Of a DNA stretch of 32,000 nt, positions 1 to 8,769 are shown one piece after another. A program made the position numbers and the translations under genes. The stretch is from assembly GCA_016699145.1 (NCBI GenBank), contig CP064962.1, positions 90,001 through 122,000 on the forward strand, read 5' to 3'. Numbering within the stretch: position 1 is the stretch's first letter; each line of letters opens with the position of its first letter. This stretch comes from Candidatus Saccharimonadota bacterium. Lineage in GTDB: Bacteria; Patescibacteriota; Gracilibacteria; UBA1369; 2-02-FULL-48-14. Under the pieces are notes generated by a model, which was not told the origin of the DNA, searched no databases, and worked only from the letters and a program-made list of their open reading frames with translations.

Positions 1-590
1 AAGTGCGCATCGGCTTAGCCGGAGGAAGCACGCCTAAAAAACTCTACGAAGACTTGGCTCAAGAAAATTTACCCTGGCAAAAAATCACATGGATTGTAGT
101 GGATGAACGTTATGTGCCCGACGAAGATCCAGAGAGCAATCGGCACATGCTGCGCCAAGCTCTGTTTGAGCCTGCTCACATTCCGCATGAGAATCAAGTC
201 ACTTTTGATATCACTTTGAGTCCTGAAGAAGCCACAATAGGAATGAGTCAAAAACTTAAGCGTTTGGAAGAGGCTCGCATGCCCCTCTTCGATTTGCTCA
301 TTTTAGGTGCAGGCAAAGACGGTCACATCGCTTCACTATTTGAAGGTGATCCTCATTTGCACACCAAGGAACTGGCCTACACAGTGCACGCTCCAGCTGA
401 ATATAAAACCACTCAACGACTCACTCTTTCTTTAAGAATCCTCAGTCATTCCACTCGTGGGCTACTCTTGTTGAAAGGGAAGGAAAAAAGATCTGTACTG
501 AAAACCCTTGAAGGGGAACCCATTCTTCCTCTCACAGCTTTGAAAAGTCTCACCGCAAAAGTACCTACGGAAGTGTTTTTTTGCCCTTAA
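1..590 (+). CDS. pgl: 6-phosphogluconolactonase (5' end truncated by the window edge)
   Basis: The ORF is open to the window edge in the frame of position 3. It carries motifs GLAGGSTPKKLY, VVDERYV and ILGAGKDGHIASLF, typical of 6PGL/DevB. The N-terminal ~35-45 aa appear to lie upstream of the window. Stop is TAA at 588-590. Confidence 0.85.
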   Translation, partial: VRIGLAGGSTPKKLYEDLAQENLPWQKITWIVVDERYVPDEDPESNRHMLRQALFEPAHIPHENQVTFDITLSPEEATIGMSQKLKRLEEARMPLFDLLILGAGKDGHIASLFEGDPHLHTKELAYTVHAPAEYKTTQRLTLSLRILSHSTRGLLLLKGKEKRSVLKTLEGEPILPLTALKSLTAKVPTEVFFCP

Positions 591-2461
591 AAGAGGGCTT
601 TAGTGGCTTCCACAACAGCCTCAATCCCGAGTCCCGCTTTCCCATAGAGTTCATCCGAGCTTCCCGACAGTTGATACTTTGAAACGCCCAGTCGCTTCAC
701 GGGTACCAGAACTCCCGCTTCAAACAAAGCTTCTTGCACAAAACTGCCGAGTCCGGTGTCAATATTGTGATCATGCACCGTCACTACGCGTCCCGTTTTC
801 TTAGCGCTGGCCGCTACTGTTTCGAAATCAAAAGGGATGAAGCTACTCACAGCAATCACCTCGATGTCGCCACCCAGTTGTTCTGCCGCCTTCAGCGCAT
901 AGATCACCATGGGTCCGCTCGCGACGATCGTCGCTCGCTTGCCCTCTCTAAGCACATCCGCCTTGCCAGGGTTAAACTCATAGTCACCCGCAAAGAACGG
1001 AGTGCCATCTTCGCGCAAAATCACAGGGATTTTGGAACGCCCCATGCGCACATAAACATTGCCAGGATGACTCGCCACGTAACGAATAATGCGGTCGCAT
1101 TGGTTGGGGTCGGCGGGTTCAAAAATCTGAGTGTGAAAAAATCCAGCAAAGGAACTGATGTCATCAATCGCTTGGTGGGTCGGTCCATCTTCGCCAACCG
1201 AAAGTCCGCAGTGCGTGGCCACCATTTTCACATTGGTTTCATTGATGTCGTTGACACGCGCTTGATCCTTAGCACGACTCGTCATGAAGGCACCGAAAGT
1301 GCTGCAGAAGGGCACAAAGCCGCGCAGTGAAAGTCCACCCGCAGCGCTGACCATATGTTGCTCCGCAATGCCACATTCAATGTGCCGCTGCGGGAAAAGT
1401 TTTTTCACACCATCGGTTTTCACACTTTCCGCAAGGTCTGCCGTCATCGCCAGCACATGCGGATTCAAAGTCGCAAGCTCAGCCAGTGCTGCTCCATACG
1501 CACCGCGGCAGTCGGTCATCACATCGGCGGCATAGGTTTTAGCTTCGCCTGGATTCACCGGCGCCACTTCCACGTCCATAGGAGTTTTGATCGCGATCTT
1601 CAAGCCAGCAAGCCCTCTATCCAAAACCCCCTGTTCTTCTGCTGAAAGTTCAATGATCCCTACCGCCGCAGCTGCTTCCTCTTTTTTAGGAGATTTTCCA
1701 TGCCAGTCCGATTTTTTTTCCAGACCTTTGCCTTCCATGAATTCGATGCCTTTACCCATCACGGTTTTGCCCAAAATCACGCTGGGTCGGTCCGTCACTG
1801 CCTCTGCCTCTTGAATAGCTGCCCACAGCGCTTGCAAATCATGGCCGTCGACTTCTTGCACGTGCCACCCGGCCGCTTCATAGTGACCGCGAATGTTGAT
1901 CGGCATAATCGCCTCCAGTGAATCCGTGAGTTGCACTTCGTTATAGTCCACAAAGAGCAGCAAATTGTTGAGCTTGTATTTCGCAGCAAAATTCATCATT
2001 TCATAAGCTTGGCCTTCTTGTTGCTCCCCATCACCCATCAGCAAAAATACCATTCCCTCCCGCTTCGCGAGTTGATCTCCAAGGGCGAAAGCGCTCGCTA
2101 CGCTCGCGCCAATCCCCAGCGGCCCCGTTCCATAAAAAATACCAGGAATTTTGCGGTTCACATGCCCTTCATAAATATCCGTCGGACGTCTGAAATTCGA
2201 AATCACCCTTTCTTTCGGAATCACTTTGAGTTCCGCCAAAACCGAATACACAGCCGGTGAAATGTGTCCGTTCGAAACCACCACCGCTTCGTTGCTTTCC
2301 GCAATGCGCTGGGTGTAAATCAGCGAAAGGTAGTCGATACACGACAAAGAGCCGCCCGGATGCCCCGATTGCGCCTGAGCCACCATCCTCAGAATGCTTT
2401 GACGACAGGACTTGGCGAAGGCCTGGGTGAAAGCGATTTGATCGGAGGAAAGGGGAGTCAT
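587..2461 (-). CDS. tkt: transketolase (single fused polypeptide, 624 aa)
   Basis: ATG at 2461. The ThDP-binding N-terminus has SGHPGGSLS and MGDGEQQEGQ, followed by the pyrimidine-binding and C-terminal TK domains. The stop overlaps the pgl stop on the opposite strand (TTAA at 587-590). Confidence 0.95.
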   Translation of the reverse strand: MTPLSSDQIAFTQAFAKSCRQSILRMVAQAQSGHPGGSLSCIDYLSLIYTQRIAESNEAVVVSNGHISPAVYSVLAELKVIPKERVISNFRRPTDIYEGHVNRKIPGIFYGTGPLGIGASVASAFALGDQLAKREGMVFLLMGDGEQQEGQAYEMMNFAAKYKLNNLLLFVDYNEVQLTDSLEAIMPINIRGHYEAAGWHVQEVDGHDLQALWAAIQEAEAVTDRPSVILGKTVMGKGIEFMEGKGLEKKSDWHGKSPKKEEAAAAVGIIELSAEEQGVLDRGLAGLKIAIKTPMDVEVAPVNPGEAKTYAADVMTDCRGAYGAALAELATLNPHVLAMTADLAESVKTDGVKKLFPQRHIECGIAEQHMVSAAGGLSLRGFVPFCSTFGAFMTSRAKDQARVNDINETNVKMVATHCGLSVGEDGPTHQAIDDISSFAGFFHTQIFEPADPNQCDRIIRYVASHPGNVYVRMGRSKIPVILREDGTPFFAGDYEFNPGKADVLREGKRATIVASGPMVIYALKAAEQLGGDIEVIAVSSFIPFDFETVAASAKKTGRVVTVHDHNIDTGLGSFVQEALFEAGVLVPVKRLGVSKYQLSGSSDELYGKAGLGIEAVVEATKALF

Positions 2462-2467
2462 GAGGGC

Positions 2468-3712
2468 CTAAGTGAGGAGTTGCCGAGTGAGCTTTTTGCT
2501 GAGCTCCACTCCCGGTTGGTCGAACGCGTTTATCTTATAATACTCGCCCAAAAAGGCAATGCTACATTCAAAAAACATGAAGAGCTGGCCAAGTTCATAA
2601 GCATTCACTTCCGGAATTTCAATCGTGAGGTTGGGCTTTTTATACTCTGAAACCGCCTGGCGTGTGCCCTTCAATTCTGTCGCCATGAGTTCTGCAAAAC
2701 GCAGTCCCGACAAATAACGCATTCTAGTATTGTCGACTTCTGGAATAAGAGGAGAGTCTTGATGCAAAACTTCGAGGAAGCAAAACAGTTTATCCGTCGG
2801 ACCTTCATTATAAAGTTGCAGTTGAGAGTGTTGATCCGTCACACCCAGCGCCGTCACCGGTGTGAGTCCGCGCCCCTCTTTACCAATGCTTTCGGCCAAC
2901 AACTGCCGGTACCAATCGGCCAAACTGTGCAGCCGCGTAGAATAAGGCATCATCACGGTCATGGGGATGCCTCGTTCCCATTCCAGCAAATATTGCACCG
3001 CAGCCATTTGAAAGGGCAGGTTCAATTCCATTTCGTGAGCCTCAAAGTTTCGCTCCATGTCTTCCGCTCCTTTCAAAAGTGCTTCCACATCCAGACCTAA
3101 AAGAGCAGCAGGGAAGAGGCCCACCGGGCTCAGCACAGAAAAGCGCCCCCCCACACTTTTGGGAATATCGAGCATGGGAATCCCCAGCGCTCGTCCCATT
3201 TTGCGCAGCTCACCTTCTTCAGGATCAGTGATGAACACAAAATTGTCCTTCGAAACTTTTTCTTTAAAATAAAAATACTGAGCCATGGTTTCAGGAGTCG
3301 TGCCACTTTTTGTAATGACCACAAACAAAGTTTTATCTAAGTTTAAAAGGCTTTCCACCGCCCCCACGGTGTCTAAATTGTCGAGCACAAAAAGACGAGG
3401 TCCCGCTCCAAAATTCCAAAAAGAACCCAAAAGCGCATCGCGCAAACAAGTCACTCCAAGGGCGCTTCCGCCAATGCCAAGCACCACAATGTCTTTAAAA
3501 CGGACCTCCAGTTTCTTTGCCAGTTTTAAGCTCGAAAGCAAAGCGCTTTTAACTTTGGGCAATTGATGAAAACTTTGTTCTCGTCTGAAAAAATTCTCTA
3601 AAAAAACAGGGATTTTGGCCTCCTCTTCTTTCAATTTGGACCAAGGAAGGCCATGAAAACCAAGTTCAATGAGGGCGTCGAGTTTCAGTTTCATCGTTGG
3701 GTGGATTTCCAA
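2468..3712 (-). CDS. pgi: glucose-6-phosphate isomerase (short ~410-aa type)
   Basis: SIS-domain motifs GIGGSALG and [10 protein letters not shown] are present. The ORF-track start at 3712 is TTG. The ATG at 3694 (MKLKLD...) forms an ATGA overlap with the reconstructed tal stop (3691-3693) and is the more likely start. Confidence 0.9.
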   Translation of the reverse strand: MEIHPTMKLKLDALIELGFHGLPWSKLKEEEAKIPVFLENFFRREQSFHQLPKVKSALLSSLKLAKKLEVRFKDIVVLGIGGSALGVTCLRDALLGSFWNFGAGPRLFVLDNLDTVGAVESLLNLDKTLFVVITKSGTTPETMAQYFYFKEKVSKDNFVFITDPEEGELRKMGRALGIPMLDIPKSVGGRFSVLSPVGLFPAALLGLDVEALLKGAEDMERNFEAHEMELNLPFQMAAVQYLLEWERGIPMTVMMPYSTRLHSLADWYRQLLAESIGKEGRGLTPVTALGVTDQHSQLQLYNEGPTDKLFCFLEVLHQDSPLIPEVDNTRMRYLSGLRFAELMATELKGTRQAVSEYKKPNLTIEIPEVNAYELGQLFMFFECSIAFLGEYYKINAFDQPGVELSKKLTRQLLT

Positions 3713-4337
3713 TCTTTTAAAAATTTTTCAAGCCCCACGTCGGTCAAAGGATGGTGCAAGAGTTTTTCAAAAACACCATAGGGAAGGGTCACAATATCTG
3801 CACCCATGCGAGCCACCTCCGTAACCTGGCGAGGATGGCGCACGCTGGCCACCAAAATTTCAGTTTCAAAGCCGTAATTGTCAAAATTTGGATGATTTCA
3901 GAGACCAAACTCAGTCCATCTTCTCCATTTTCATCCAGCCGTCCAATGAAAGGGCTCACATAACGAGCCCCCGCCTTTGCTGCCAAAAGTGCCTGATTCG
4001 CCGAAAAAATCAAAGTGACATTGGTCGAAACTCCAAAACGCCTCAACTCCCTCACGGCTTGGAGCCCCTCTACCGTCATCGGCACCTTCACCACGATGTT
4101 CTCAGCCCATTTGGCATATTTCTTGCCTTCTTCCACCATAGTTTTTACATCTTCACTCAGCACTTCCATGCTCACGGGCCCCACGGCTTGCTTGCAAATG
4201 GCCTTCAAATGCTTTTCCACATTCACTTTCCCCTCCTTAGAAAGCAGAGTAGGATTGGTCGTAACGCCATCCAAAATGCCCCACGCCGAAACCGTTTCAA
4301 TTTCCTTCAAATTCGCAGTGTCTAAAAAGAGTTTCAT
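3691..4337 (-). pseudogene. tal: transaldolase / fructose-6-phosphate aldolase family (type 3B, ~215 aa), interrupted by a 1-nt homopolymer deletion
   Basis: ATG at 4337 gives MKLFLDTANLKEIE...GVTTNPTLL...SANQALLAAKAGARYVSPFIGRLD...EIIQI. The frame then breaks inside caaaattt (3882-3889). The rest of the family sequence, [60 protein letters not shown], continues in the other frame to TGA at 3691-3693. Restoring 1 nt gives 215 aa. The as-given intact ORF is only 3789..4337. Confidence 0.85.
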
Positions 4338-4384
4338 GGCACGGGATGAGAGGTACATTGACCATAGCATTTCTTCCTAAATTT

Positions 4385-4393
4385 TGCTATAAT
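4385..4393 (+). promoter_or_regulatory. extended -10 promoter candidate (TGcTATAAT) upstream of the LOG-family gene
   Basis: TGCTATAAT lies at 4385-4393, 21 nt upstream of the ATG at 4415. This is a motif match only. Confidence 0.3.
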
Positions 4394-4414
4394 AAAAAGA
4401 TTAATTTCATCACC

Positions 4415-5110
4415 ATGGATCCACTCCCCTTTGAATTGCAAGAAGAATTGCTCCAAAACGAATTTCGCGTCACCATTTTTGGCTCCGCAAGAGTCAAACC
4501 CGAAGACCCCGTTTATAAAGACGTTTTCAATCTGGCTAAAGGGGTAGGGGAAATGGGGGCTGACGTGATCACAGGAGGAGGCCCAGGCCTGATGGAGGCG
4601 GCCAGCATGGGACACAAGGCCGGGGATAAGGAAAATAAATTCAAAAGCATTGGGATCAACATCGTGCTGCCCTTCGAACAAAAACCCAATCCAGGTTTAG
4701 AATACGTAGAAAATCATGAACTCTTCTCAACCCGTTTGGATGAATTCATGCTGCTGTCGAACGTCGTGATCGTCACACCCGGTGGCATTGGAACTTGTTT
4801 AGAGCTTTTTTACACTTGGCAACTTTTGCAAGTGCGTCACATTTGTCAAATGCCCATTGTCCTGGTGGGAAAAATGTGGAGAAAGCTTGTGGAATGGGTT
4901 ATAGACAATCCGCTCAAAGATCATTATCTCGATTCCAAAGATCTGCATTTTGTGGTGATCGTAGACAATTATAAGCAAGCCTTGACTGTGGTAAAAGAGG
5001 CTAAAAAACACTTCGACCAAGGCACCCATCAAAGTTGCCAAAATTGGCAGCAGTACGGGAAGAAAATCCCCAAGTTGGAAGCTTTCCTTTCCCAGAGTGA
5101 GAAGGAGTAG
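4415..5110 (+). CDS. LOG family / TIGR00730-type Rossmann-fold nucleotide-binding protein (lysine-decarboxylase-like)
   Basis: Motifs VTIFGSAR, TGGGPGLMEA and PGGIGTCLEL are present. The ATG at 4415 (MDPLPFEL) is preferred. The longer track ORF from 4346 would cross the tal start region. Confidence 0.8.
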   Translation: MDPLPFELQEELLQNEFRVTIFGSARVKPEDPVYKDVFNLAKGVGEMGADVITGGGPGLMEAASMGHKAGDKENKFKSIGINIVLPFEQKPNPGLEYVENHELFSTRLDEFMLLSNVVIVTPGGIGTCLELFYTWQLLQVRHICQMPIVLVGKMWRKLVEWVIDNPLKDHYLDSKDLHFVVIVDNYKQALTVVKEAKKHFDQGTHQSCQNWQQYGKKIPKLEAFLSQSEKE

Positions 5111-5142
5111 AGCTGCATTTGGACTTCCCTCATGCTTTTAGG

Positions 5143-5170
5143 TTGCCAAACCATAAAATTGCTGTAGAGT
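5143..5170 (+). promoter_or_regulatory. sigma70-like promoter candidate for typA (TTGCCA-16-TAGAGT)
   Basis: TTGCCA at 5143-5148, a 16-nt spacer, and TAGAGT at 5165-5170. The leader to the ATG at 5201 is ~30 nt and has no SD motif. Confidence 0.3.
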
Positions 5171-5200
5171 CTTTGGGCAGCCTCTTTAAAAGCACCCTCA

Positions 5201-7006
5201 ATGGAAATTCGAAACATCGCCATCATCGCCCACGTAGACCATGGTAAAACCACCCTCGTGGATGCACTTTTGAAAGCCGGCGGTGCCTTTGAAGCCCATG
5301 AAACCGTAGAGATTTGCGTGATGGACAGCAACGACCAAGAAAAAGAACGGGGCATCACCATTTATGCTAAAAACTGTGCCATCTCTTACAAAGGGACCAA
5401 AATCAACATCGTGGACACCCCAGGCCACGCCGATTTCGGATCGGAAGTGGAACGAGTGCTCCGCACTGTGGACGCTGTAGTCCTGGTGGTGGACGCCTAC
5501 GAAGGCCCCATGCCTCAGACCAAATTCGTGCTCCGCAAATCCCTTGAACTCGGACTCAAAGTGCTCGTGGTCATCAACAAAATCGATAAACCCACTGCTC
5601 GCCCTGATCAAGTGCTCAACGAAATCTTTGACCTTTTCGTGACTCTTGGTGCCAACGACGCTCAGCTCGACTTCCCTTACATTTACGCAATCGCTCGTGA
5701 AGGAGTGGCCATCCGCCAGCTCACCGATGAACGCAAGGACATCACCCCTTTGCTCGACTTCGTGCTCGAACACGTGAAGCCCGCACCCGCAGACCTCGAA
5801 AAAGCTTTTCGCATGCAACCTGCTACCTTGGCCTACGACAACTTCCTAGGTCGCATGGGGGTGGGACGCGTCTACGAAGGAAAAATTCAAACCGGAAAAA
5901 TGGTGACTATCATCAACAGAGATGGGGAACGCCGCCAAGCGCGCATCAGCAAACTCTTCACTTATAAGGGCCTCCAACGTGTAGAAGTGTCAGAAATCGT
6001 AGCCGGAGACATTGTAGCGATGGCCGGAATCCCTGACATTGACGTGGGCGAAACCATCGCCAGCGAAGCCACTGCCGAAGCCCTTCCTTCCATCGGAATC
6101 GATCCTCCATCCCTCGCCATCGAGTTCATGGTGAACGATTCCCCTTTTGCCGGTAAAGAAGGGAAATTCGTGACCAGCCGCCACATCAAGGAACGCCTCG
6201 AACGCGAAATGGAGACGAATGTGGGACTCAAAATCGAAGGCGTGGACAACAGCGACACCATCAAGGTCTACGGACGTGGAGAAATGCAAATCGCCGTTTT
6301 GATCGAAACCATGCGTCGCGAAGGCTATGAGCTTCAAATATCTCAGCCCGAAGTCGTGATGCACCAAGAGGAAGGCAAACTCATGGAACCGATTGAAACC
6401 GCCGTGATCAACGTGCCCGATGAGATGGCCGGAAAAGTGATCGAAATGATGGGGAAACGAAAAGGAGAAATGAAGAACATGCGTTCTGAAAATGGAAACA
6501 CGCTGCTTGAATTTGAAGTGCCCACTCGTGGGCTGCTCGGCTTTCGCTCCGTGTTCATGATTGTGACCAGTGGGGAAGGAACCGTATACCACTCTTTCGA
6601 ACGTTTTGCACCTCACAAAGGAACCATCGACAAGCGCAGCGTGGGCTCCATGATTTCGGGTGAACCGGGAACCGCCATGGCTTATTCCATCTGGAAACTT
6701 CAAGAACGTGGACCTTTCTTTATTGGACCTCAAACTGAAGTTTACGAAGGCATGATCATTGGAGAACACAACCAAGGCACCGACATCGTGGTGAACGTGA
6801 CCAAAAACAAGAAACTCACCAACGTGCGCGCTTCTGGTACCGACGAAGCCCTCACCCTGACCCCCGTCATCCCCATGACTTTGGAACGGGCCATCGAGTA
6901 CATCAAGGACGACGAACTTGTAGAAATCACACCAAAAAACATCCGTCTTCGCAAAAAATACCTAAGCGAGAACGAGCGAAAACGTTTTGGGAACAAAAAT
7001 GCATAG
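5201..7006 (+). CDS. typA: translational GTPase TypA/BipA
   Basis: 601 aa. G-domain motifs AHVDHGKTT, DTPGHADF and NKID are present, with EF-G-like domains and the BipA-specific C-terminal domain. Confidence 0.95.
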   Translation: MEIRNIAIIAHVDHGKTTLVDALLKAGGAFEAHETVEICVMDSNDQEKERGITIYAKNCAISYKGTKINIVDTPGHADFGSEVERVLRTVDAVVLVVDAYEGPMPQTKFVLRKSLELGLKVLVVINKIDKPTARPDQVLNEIFDLFVTLGANDAQLDFPYIYAIAREGVAIRQLTDERKDITPLLDFVLEHVKPAPADLEKAFRMQPATLAYDNFLGRMGVGRVYEGKIQTGKMVTIINRDGERRQARISKLFTYKGLQRVEVSEIVAGDIVAMAGIPDIDVGETIASEATAEALPSIGIDPPSLAIEFMVNDSPFAGKEGKFVTSRHIKERLEREMETNVGLKIEGVDNSDTIKVYGRGEMQIAVLIETMRREGYELQISQPEVVMHQEEGKLMEPIETAVINVPDEMAGKVIEMMGKRKGEMKNMRSENGNTLLEFEVPTRGLLGFRSVFMIVTSGEGTVYHSFERFAPHKGTIDKRSVGSMISGEPGTAMAYSIWKLQERGPFFIGPQTEVYEGMIIGEHNQGTDIVVNVTKNKKLTNVRASGTDEALTLTPVIPMTLERAIEYIKDDELVEITPKNIRLRKKYLSENERKRFGNKNA

Positions 7007-8750
7007 AAATATGCCCTACAAGACACGCCAACTCATTGCCGATCTTTGGACCTACATTCAACCTTACAAGCAACGCTTTTTTGCGGGAAGTTTTTTAAGA
7101 ATTTCCAGCGACGTGATTTGGCTTTACCCACCTTGGGCGCTCAGCCAGATCATCAATTTTGCGACCACTTATGAGTCCGGCCAATCCTTGCAAGAATTTT
7201 GGATGCTCTGGGCCAGCGTCTGTATTTTGGCCGTTTATCATTATTTGACGCACGACGGAGCCAAGTACCTCATTTATCAACTCTCAGAACGGATGCGTCT
7301 CGATGCCATTCAAAAAGCAGTGCGGCACATTTTTAAATTAGATCCCGATTGGCATGAAAAAGAAAACAGTGGAAACAAAATTCAGCGCATCCACAAAGCA
7401 GGTGAAAGTTTGGATCAAATGATGCGGCTTTACGTGGATCTTTGCATCGAATCCACCATCAACGTCATTGGAATCACCATCGTTCTTTTAACAATGGGAA
7501 CTTGGGTGGGAGGCATCATGCTGCTGTTCTTTCTGACCTATTATTTAATTTCGCGCAAAATGATGCACAGAGCCTCACAGCGTTCCTTGGAATGTAATGT
7601 GGAATGGGAACAATACGAAGGCGTGCTCTTTGAATCAGTGAACAACATCGCCACCATTCGTTCGCTTGGATTTTGGAAACCCATCATGGCCTGGCTGCAA
7701 AGACGATCAGTGACCCTGTATGCCACCATTCGCCGCCGCATTTTTTGGTATCGCACGCGTTCCGCCACTCTCAATTTATGGAGAGAAGCGTTTAGACAAT
7801 GCCTCATTTGGTACGTAGTTTTTCAGGTTCTTCAAGGCCATTTGGAAGTGGGCAGCATCGCCCTTGTGCTTTTGTATTTTCAAAAATCACCGATTCCGCC
7901 AGTGAACTTTCGGAAGTGGCCTATCAATTCGAATTGGGCCGCATTGCCCTGATGCGTTTTCATGAAATGCTCGATGCCCTTCCCACTGCAGAACTTTCCG
8001 GCACAGAAGCGTTTCCTAAAAAGTGGAGTCAACTCACCGTGAACCATTTGAGTTTCGCCTACGAAAGCAACAAGGTTTTAAAAGAGCTTTCTTTCACCGT
8101 GAAGCGCGGTGAAAAAATAGGGATAGTGGGTCTTTCGGGAGCGGGAAAATCCACTCTTTTTAAATTGCTGCTCAAACTTTACGACCGCTATGAAGGTTCC
8201 ATCACTTTTGAAGGACAGGAGCTCAAAGACATAAAGCGAGAATCTTACCTGCAGCATTTTTCTTACGTTCCTCAAGAAACAGAACTTTTCAACCTTTCTT
8301 TAAAAGACAACATCACCTTGGCCTTGGATCAGGAAGTGAATGAAGAACATTTTAAAAAAGCCATCGAAATCGCTCACGTTAAAGATTTTCTTCACAAATT
8401 GCCCAAGGGGGTCGACTCTTTGATCGGTGAAAAAGGAGTGAAACTTTCGGGGGGCGAGAGGCAGCGAGTGGGCATCGCACGGGCCGTTTATAAAAATCCT
8501 GAGCTGCTTTTTTTTGGATGAAGCCACTTCTCATCTAGATGCAGAATCGGAATCCAAAATTCAGGAAACTCTGCATGAATTTTTTAAAGGAGTCACGGCC
8601 ATAGTCATTGCACATCGCCTCTCCACACTCAAAGAAATGGATCGCATTTTAGTGCTATCGAAAGGTCAAATTTTGGAAGAAGGAACTTTCAAATCCTTGC
8701 TTGAAAAGAAAGGGATTTTTCACAGCTTGTGGGAAAAGCAAGCGCTTTGA
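6999..8750 (+). pseudogene. ABC exporter, fused permease-ATPase (MsbA/multidrug type), split into three ORFs by two 1-nt homopolymer indels
   Basis: The TMD runs 6999-7886, then the frame changes at the A5 run (7882-7886). The sequence ...LLYFQK / ITDSASELSEVAYQFELGRIALMRFHEML continues in the next frame. The NBD has Walker A GLSGAGKST and signature LSGGERQRV. Walker B is broken at the T8 run (8508-8515): ELLFF|LDEATSHLD. The third ORF ends in TGA at 8748-8750. Candidate starts are ATG 6999 or 7011; the track start at 6987 is TTG. Confidence 0.85.
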
Positions 8751-8769
8751 GATGGCCTCTAGTGTAGCT

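Noticed and set aside
3882-3890. Programmed ribosomal frameshifting at the tal site, and at the ABC sites 7882-7886 and 8508-8515.
   Set aside because: None of the sites is a canonical X XXY YYZ heptamer in the zero frame. I could find no downstream stimulatory hairpin or pseudoknot. The two ABC shifts have opposite signs. Simple homopolymer indels (artefact or mutation) are more parsimonious. Slippage at T8 cannot be fully excluded without reads or RNA data.
8519-8521. Could the in-gene TGA of the ABC exporter (and the other breaks) reflect UGA recoding, as in Gracilibacteria/SR1 code 25?
   Set aside because: Reading through TGA does not recover the Walker B motif; LDEATSHLD lies in a different frame. 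TGA also serves as the genuine terminal stop of several well-defined genes here (dnaE, the ABC gene, reconstructed tal). The breaks are frameshifts, not recoded stops.
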